DNA of 64,000 bases, from contig CAVPOM010000005.1 of assembly GCA_963707025.1 (NCBI GenBank), forward strand, positions 1 to 64,000, written 5' to 3'. The first letter of the stretch is position 1. Each line of letters starts with the position of its first letter. This document shows, one piece after another, positions 58,712-64,000 of this stretch. The notes under the pieces are model-generated. The model was not told the origin of the DNA. It made no database searches and worked only from the letters and a program-made list of their open reading frames with translations. Source of the DNA: an uncultured Verrucomicrobiae bacterium (lineage in GTDB: Bacteria; Verrucomicrobiota; Verrucomicrobiia; Limisphaerales; Palsa-1400). The position numbers and the translations under genes were made by a program.

Positions 58712-59788
58712 TCAGGCCCCATACTCCCTGGCGTTGACTCCGGAGGAAACCAACACCTTGCGATCAGGGAGGGACTGCCTCAGGGCAGCGAGTTCGTCCA
58801 TGCCGGCGCCCAGCGGCAGCGCGATCTGCCCGCCGCAAGCCGCCGCTCGTTGCATGGCCAGCATGATTTCGGCGCCCTGGCAGGCGCTCTCGAACCGGCA
58901 CGGATGCGGTTTGGCATTGTCATCCAGCCAGTCGGCCATGTCTTGGATGTAGGGCGGCATGTCCAGGTCGTAATTCATCGCCCCCTCGCCGGTCTGATAT
59001 CCCCCGCTCTTGGTAACGGCCCGCCAGCCGCCGTTGGTCAAAACTTCGGCGAATCCTTCCGTGCCCTGCGCGCCCATCCGGCATTTGCCCCACCACTTGG
59101 CCACTTCCGGCTGGTCGGGGGCGCCGGCGCCGCATTCATAAATCCCGCGCACGCCGTTGGCGTATTGCACAAATCCGGCAATGTAGTCGGGGGAGGGATG
59201 AACGTCGTTGAGCTTGCCGCGTCCGGCCGCCGAAGCCATCACCCATTGCGCCTCCGCTTCGCCATTGAACCAGCGGGTGTAGTCAATGAGGTGTGACAAC
59301 ATGTGCGTCATCCAGCCGGTCGCGTTGCCGTAAACGGTGTGGATGCGCCCCAGCGCCCCGCTGGCAATGATCTCCCTGACCTTGCGATAATGGGCGCCAT
59401 AGCGATGCTGGTGGCTGACCACCGCCTTGACTCCGGCTTTCTGGATCAGGTCGCGCACGGCGAAGAGTTCGCGGCTCGTCAGGGCCACGGGTTTTTCAAA
59501 GGCGATGAGCTTGACCCCCGCGCTCACGGCAGCCTGGATCATCGGGGTGCGCAGGTTCGGCAGGGTGCAGAAGCAGAAAATGTCCGGCTTCACCTCCGCC
59601 GCCAGGGCGGCCGCGTCCGTCCCGGTCTTGACGCCGCCGCCGAGTTTGGCGGCGGCCGCCTCCAGCCGGGCGGCGTCAATGTCGCACAAGGCGGCAATGC
59701 GAAAGCGGGGATTGGCCTTGAAGCCTGTGGCGTGATGAAGACCGCGTTTGCCGATTCCGACAATCATGGTTGAATACTGCTTGGTCAT
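58712..59788 (-). CDS. Gfo/Idh/MocA oxidoreductase
   Basis: VGIGKRG Rossmann motif, FEKP, HQHRY. Confidence 0.88.
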   Translation of the reverse strand: MTKQYSTMIVGIGKRGLHHATGFKANPRFRIAALCDIDAARLEAAAAKLGGGVKTGTDAAALAAEVKPDIFCFCTLPNLRTPMIQAAVSAGVKLIAFEKPVALTSRELFAVRDLIQKAGVKAVVSHQHRYGAHYRKVREIIASGALGRIHTVYGNATGWMTHMLSHLIDYTRWFNGEAEAQWVMASAAGRGKLNDVHPSPDYIAGFVQYANGVRGIYECGAGAPDQPEVAKWWGKCRMGAQGTEGFAEVLTNGGWRAVTKSGGYQTGEGAMNYDLDMPPYIQDMADWLDDNAKPHPCRFESACQGAEIMLAMQRAAACGGQIALPLGAGMDELAALRQSLPDRKVLVSSGVNAREYGA

Positions 59789-59823
59789 GCGTGTACCGGC
59801 TAATGGCGCCGTATTGAAAAAAA

Positions 59824-60957
59824 CTAGCTGTTGGCCTTGTCCCATTCCAGGCACTTCTGCGTCACGTAATCCACCTCCCCGGCGGTCAGCTCGCCGTACA
59901 TGGGCAGGCTGATGCAAGTGGCGGAAATGCGTTCGGCGTTGGCGACCGTGCCGGCGATGCGGGCGCTCTTGCCCCACGGATAGCCGGCCTGCTGGTGAAT
60001 GGCGATGGAATAGTGCGTTTTGGCGTCAATACCATTTTTAACCAGCCAATCCACGAAGGCGTCGCGCTTGCCGGCGTCCTTGGCTTCGATGACATACAAA
60101 TGCCAGACATGCCGGTAACCGGGCTGGTGATACGGCAACGTAAAGGTTGCGGCTTGCTTGAGGCCGGCCGTGTAGCGCGCGGCCCACTTGATGCGGTTGT
60201 CGTTCCACTCGTGGATATGTTTGAGCTTGGCGCTTAATATGCCGGCATGAATGTCGTCCAGGCGGCTGTTGTAACCAAAGCTGTGAACGTTGCGGGCCGG
60301 GGAACCGTGGTTGCGCAGCAGCCGGGCGGTGCTGTTGATTTTGTCATTGTTGGTGACAATCGCGCCGCTGTCGCCGAACGTGCCCAGGTTCTTCTGGACG
60401 ATGAAGCTGATGGTGATCGCGTCGCTCAATTCGCCCACCTTGAACGTGTCGCCGGCGGCGTCAATGCCCTGGGCGTTGTCTTCGACGAGGAAAAGCTGGT
60501 GTTTGACTGCAATCTTTTTAATGGCGGGCATGTCGGCGCATTGTCCATAAAGGTGAACCGGGATGATGGCCTTGGTCTTGGGCGTGATGGCCGCCTCGAT
60601 TTTCGCCGGATCAATGCACTTGGTCTTCGGCTCGCAATCCACGAACACCGCCGTCGCCCCCGTGATCCAGATCGCTTCCGCCGTCGCGAAAAAGGTGTTC
60701 GGATGGGTGATGACTTCGTCGCCGGGGCCGATGCCCAGCCCCATCAGCGCCAGCCAGATGGCGTCGGTGCCGTTGCCCACGCCGATGGCGTATTTCATGC
60801 CGTGGAACCCGGCCAGCTCCTTTTCGAACTGCTTGTTCATCGGCCCCTGCACATATTCGCCGCTCTCCAGCACCCGCTTGATGTTCGCGTCAATCTCCGC
60901 CTGGATATTGTGGTACTGGCGGACGTGACCGTAAAATCTGACTTTCATTTGACTCAT
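59824..60957 (-). CDS. DegT/DnrJ/EryC1/StrS PLP-dependent sugar aminotransferase
   Basis: GNGTDA, PVHLYGQ, EDNAQ, SFIVQKNLG (PLP lysine), NSRLD, HVWHLY. Confidence 0.94.
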   Translation of the reverse strand: MSQMKVRFYGHVRQYHNIQAEIDANIKRVLESGEYVQGPMNKQFEKELAGFHGMKYAIGVGNGTDAIWLALMGLGIGPGDEVITHPNTFFATAEAIWITGATAVFVDCEPKTKCIDPAKIEAAITPKTKAIIPVHLYGQCADMPAIKKIAVKHQLFLVEDNAQGIDAAGDTFKVGELSDAITISFIVQKNLGTFGDSGAIVTNNDKINSTARLLRNHGSPARNVHSFGYNSRLDDIHAGILSAKLKHIHEWNDNRIKWAARYTAGLKQAATFTLPYHQPGYRHVWHLYVIEAKDAGKRDAFVDWLVKNGIDAKTHYSIAIHQQAGYPWGKSARIAGTVANAERISATCISLPMYGELTAGEVDYVTQKCLEWDKANS

Positions 60958-61102
60958 TTTTGTTTCCTCTATCTTTTGGTTTGATTCGTTTTCATGGCCC
61001 GCGCTTTTCGCGCAGGCAAAGAATGTCTTTCGTCGGGTTCTTCAGGGCGCCAGCCTGCGGACTGGCCGCAGGGTGGTCTATAGCTGTCATTTGCCCCACC
61101 GC

Positions 61103-61957
61103 TCATCTGCCCAACCGACTGAACAATTTCTTGCGCACATCGCTTTCGAGCGCCTTGATGAAGGTGACGACATACTCAACCAGGTCGCGCGAATTATCCA
61201 CCACCAAAGGCGTCAAATCCATGCCGAAAATGAGCTGGTTGGCCTTGTCCGTGGCGTGCGACTCGAAGAAGGTCGCGTTGGCTGCGCGCCGGCCCAGCGT
61301 CGCCAGATCGTAGCGTTTGCCGCCGGCAATCTGCGAATCAAAAACGCCGTTGAGCGCCGCCGCCAGGTGGTCGTGCCCGCTCACGTCCATCACCACTTTG
61401 GCCGCGTCCGGCAGCCAGTCGAGATTGCGCCAGACCTCGCAGCCGATGACTTTTTTCGGGCGCTGTTCGCCCGGCAGTTCGCGCATCGCCTGCAAGGCCG
61501 CGACGACCACTCCGAGGTGCGTGTCGTGCTTGTCCGCCAGATTGTGCGTATAGACCACTGCCGGGCGCGTCACCGCCAGAATTTCCTTTAAATCATTTTT
61601 GAGGGCCGTGTCGCTGGCGCTTTTGACCGCGCTGCTCGGATAATCCAGTTGGAACATCACGCCGTATTGGCCGACGATGGCGGCGCTGTTCTGTTCCGCG
61701 CGGCGGACGGCCATCATCTGCGCGTCGGAAAATTTTTCATACGCGCCCGTGCGGGAGCTGCCCGAACCGTTCGTGCAAGTCACGCCGCCAAACCATTTTT
61801 TATCGTTGGCGTAACATTGCAAAATGCCGTGAAACGCCATGAACTCCAGATCGTCCTGATGCGCGCCGATGCCCAGATGGGTGATGCGCCGGAGCGCGTC
61901 CGCGACCGGTTTTCCGTCCGGCACAAAAACCCGCGCCGTTGCTTGATGCAGCTTCAT
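61103..61957 (-). CDS. PIG-L/LmbE family deacetylase
   Basis: AHQDDLE, RRAEQ, THNLADKHDTH. Confidence 0.9.
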   Translation of the reverse strand: MKLHQATARVFVPDGKPVADALRRITHLGIGAHQDDLEFMAFHGILQCYANDKKWFGGVTCTNGSGSSRTGAYEKFSDAQMMAVRRAEQNSAAIVGQYGVMFQLDYPSSAVKSASDTALKNDLKEILAVTRPAVVYTHNLADKHDTHLGVVVAALQAMRELPGEQRPKKVIGCEVWRNLDWLPDAAKVVMDVSGHDHLAAALNGVFDSQIAGGKRYDLATLGRRAANATFFESHATDKANQLIFGMDLTPLVVDNSRDLVEYVVTFIKALESDVRKKLFSRLGR

Positions 61958-61961
61958 AATT

Positions 61962-63335
61962 CTATTTCTTTAATTCCGGCAGGCTGGCCGCCGCCACCGC
62001 CTGGCCAACGCGCCGTGATGCTTCGTCCGGCACATGCAGCGCAATTTTTTCCGCCACCGCCGGGAACTCTTTGTTCAAAACCTGCCGCGCCTTGTCGAGC
62101 ACAATGTCGCCGCCCTGCCCGGTGGTGACGCGGCCCAGAATGAGGGCATGTTGGAAATCGTAAAAGTCCGCGTAGTGGGCCAGGGCGCAGCCGAGATAGA
62201 CACCGATGGTCTCGTAAACTTTCGCGGCGCGGGGATCCCCCTTCGCCAGCAGCGCCTGCACTTCCTGCAGACGTTCGGGCAGGCCCATTCTTTCCGGCAG
62301 CGCTATTTTGGCGGCGGGCAGAAGTTTGTTGACCGCCTGCTGCGAAAAATAAAGCGCGCCCACGCCCCGGTCGCCGGACCATTCATCGGCGGCGGCGCCG
62401 GGATTGTAATCCACCGGCGCGAAGGCCAGCTCGTTCAGCCAGCCAAGGATGCGGCCCTGCCGGTCCATGAAGCCCGCCGCCTGGCTCGAACCCATGGCGA
62501 TGCCCAGCAGGCCTTTTTTGCGGAGCGAAAGCGCGCCCGCCAGCGCGGTCACGTCGCCGTCGTTCATCACCATGACCGGGACGTTCCATTCGCGCTGGAT
62601 GCGTTTGAAAAGGCCCGCCGCCTTTGGAAAATCTTTTTTCGGAATGGCGCGCAGGAGCGAGGCCACGCGGATTTCATTGTCCACAATCACGCCGGCCGAA
62701 CTGCCGCCGATGGCGTCCACGCGCGGCAGATGGGCGGCGGCGCGATGGAGCGCGGCGGAAAGGTGATGATAATGATAATCCGAATTTGCCTGGCTCTTCG
62801 GGTCCCAAGGCGCTTCCTCGGTAAAAATGGCCGCGCCCTCCACGACCGCCGAAACCTTGTAATCGCTGGCCCCGAGGTCAAAGCCGATGCGGCAGCCCTT
62901 GAGATGGCCGCCCGCCGCCACTTCCATCTCGCGGTTGGCGGGAACTTTTTCCGGCACGGTAACGACCACCTGGAATTTTTTGCCGTAAGCCGCGCCCATC
63001 AAGTCACAGTCGAATTTCCTTGCGCCGGTTGGCGAGTAGGTTTTGCGGATGAATGCGCCGGCGGCCTTCGGCCCGCCGATGAATACTTTCCAGCCGCCGC
63101 GGGCCCACAACAGAAATTTCACGGTGCGCTCGACATGCTGGAGCGTGGCGGGGCCGGCGTCAGTAAGCACGCAAGTTTCATAACGCGATACCAGGCCGCG
63201 TTCGCGTTCCAGACCGATGACCAGCGGCACGGCCCGGCCGGTTTTTTTCGCGGCGGCGAGATAATGGCGATGGAAGAGCACTGCCGGCTGGAATCCAGGG
63301 TCGAGCGGTGGAAGGAAGCTTGCTTTGATGTCCAT
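61962..63335 (-). CDS. ROK-family sugar kinase-like protein
   Basis: IGFDLGAS, GGSSAG, NDGDVTAL, MGSSQAAG, ELAF. Confidence 0.85.
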   Translation of the reverse strand: MDIKASFLPPLDPGFQPAVLFHRHYLAAAKKTGRAVPLVIGLERERGLVSRYETCVLTDAGPATLQHVERTVKFLLWARGGWKVFIGGPKAAGAFIRKTYSPTGARKFDCDLMGAAYGKKFQVVVTVPEKVPANREMEVAAGGHLKGCRIGFDLGASDYKVSAVVEGAAIFTEEAPWDPKSQANSDYHYHHLSAALHRAAAHLPRVDAIGGSSAGVIVDNEIRVASLLRAIPKKDFPKAAGLFKRIQREWNVPVMVMNDGDVTALAGALSLRKKGLLGIAMGSSQAAGFMDRQGRILGWLNELAFAPVDYNPGAAADEWSGDRGVGALYFSQQAVNKLLPAAKIALPERMGLPERLQEVQALLAKGDPRAAKVYETIGVYLGCALAHYADFYDFQHALILGRVTTGQGGDIVLDKARQVLNKEFPAVAEKIALHVPDEASRRVGQAVAAASLPELKK

Positions 63336-63362
63336 GGCTGCTTGGAGTGGAACGGTGCCGCG

Positions 63363-64000
63363 TTATTTTCCTTCGAAATGCGCCTCGATTTCCTCGAGCG
63401 TCTTGCCTTTGGTCTCCGGCAGGAAGAACGCGGCGGTGATGAAATAAACGACGGTGCAGCCGGCGAAGATAAAGAACATGGCGGCGTAGCCGTGCTTGCC
63501 GACCATGGGCAGGAAGACGGCGGCGATGGTGGTGGCGACGGCTTGATTAATGAGCAGAGCGATGCTCATGCCGTTGGAGCGGATGCGGGTGGGCATCAAC
63601 TCGGAGAGGGCCAGCCAGACGCACACCCCGGGGCCGACGGCGAAGAAGGCCACGAAGACAAAGGAGCAGATGGCGACAAGCCAGCCGTTCTGCGCGCTGG
63701 GCACGGGGGTGATGAGGGCGTTCTCAATACGCAATGGCGCGGCGCGCGATTTTTCCAGGTTGGCAAACGGGTTCTTGAAGAAAGCTTCCACAGAGGTGGT
63801 CGGCAGGCTGGCATTGCGGCTGATGGAAACTTCCGCGCCGGCATCCGTGGACCGCACCACGGCGGAGGCGGAGGTGAAATCACCGCAGGAATAAATGACA
63901 CTGATGGTGACCGGCTGGCCGGTGTCGGCTTTGCCGCCAGCGCCGGAGCCGGCCAGCAATTCAGCGGCCTTGGCCCCGTCAAATACGAACTTAACGATCT
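63363..64000 (-). CDS. MFS sugar porter, 3' part (runs off the window)
   Basis: FAVGPGVCVW, SELMPTRIRS, LPETKGKTLEEIE. Confidence 0.92.
   Translation of the reverse strand, partial: IVKFVFDGAKAAELLAGSGAGGKADTGQPVTISVIYSCGDFTSASAVVRSTDAGAEVSISRNASLPTTSVEAFFKNPFANLEKSRAAPLRIENALITPVPSAQNGWLVAICSFVFVAFFAVGPGVCVWLALSELMPTRIRSNGMSIALLINQAVATTIAAVFLPMVGKHGYAAMFFIFAGCTVVYFITAAFFLPETKGKTLEEIEAHFEGK

Overview
High-GC bacterial chromosomal window. Gene style suggests Verrucomicrobiota, but this is inference only. From left to right it contains: a complete group II intron (155-2111, minus strand, RT/maturase with no endonuclease domain) whose EBS1 and EBS2 both pair with a 10-bp tandem repeat at its insertion site; REP-like palindromes and a truncated mazF-like fragment; housekeeping genes (nnr, nadC, birA, dnaG, cvpA, rpoN, def, parB); an EEP-family gene whose last 162 bp are duplicated around a 1-kb repeat-rich insert; a UPF0175/DUF3368 toxin-antitoxin pair; a seven-gene hydrogenase-4-like operon lacking the Ni-binding cysteines (Ehr-type complex); a thioester-motif alpha-2-macroglobulin; and a roughly 23-kb carbohydrate region. 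That region holds a sulfatase, a 3-keto-glycoside-type Gfo/DUF1080/TIM-barrel set, a GH106 hydrolase, and an amino-sugar operon (ROK, PIG-L, DegT, Gfo, NagB, NahK-like). The most unusual signal is a recurring non-coding architecture of an IHF-like core followed by three 10-bp-phased direct repeats, one copy of which is the intron's target. Five genes carry small frameshifts that look like sequencing indels. No rRNA, tRNA or CRISPR array was seen. All product calls come from motif recognition, not database searches.
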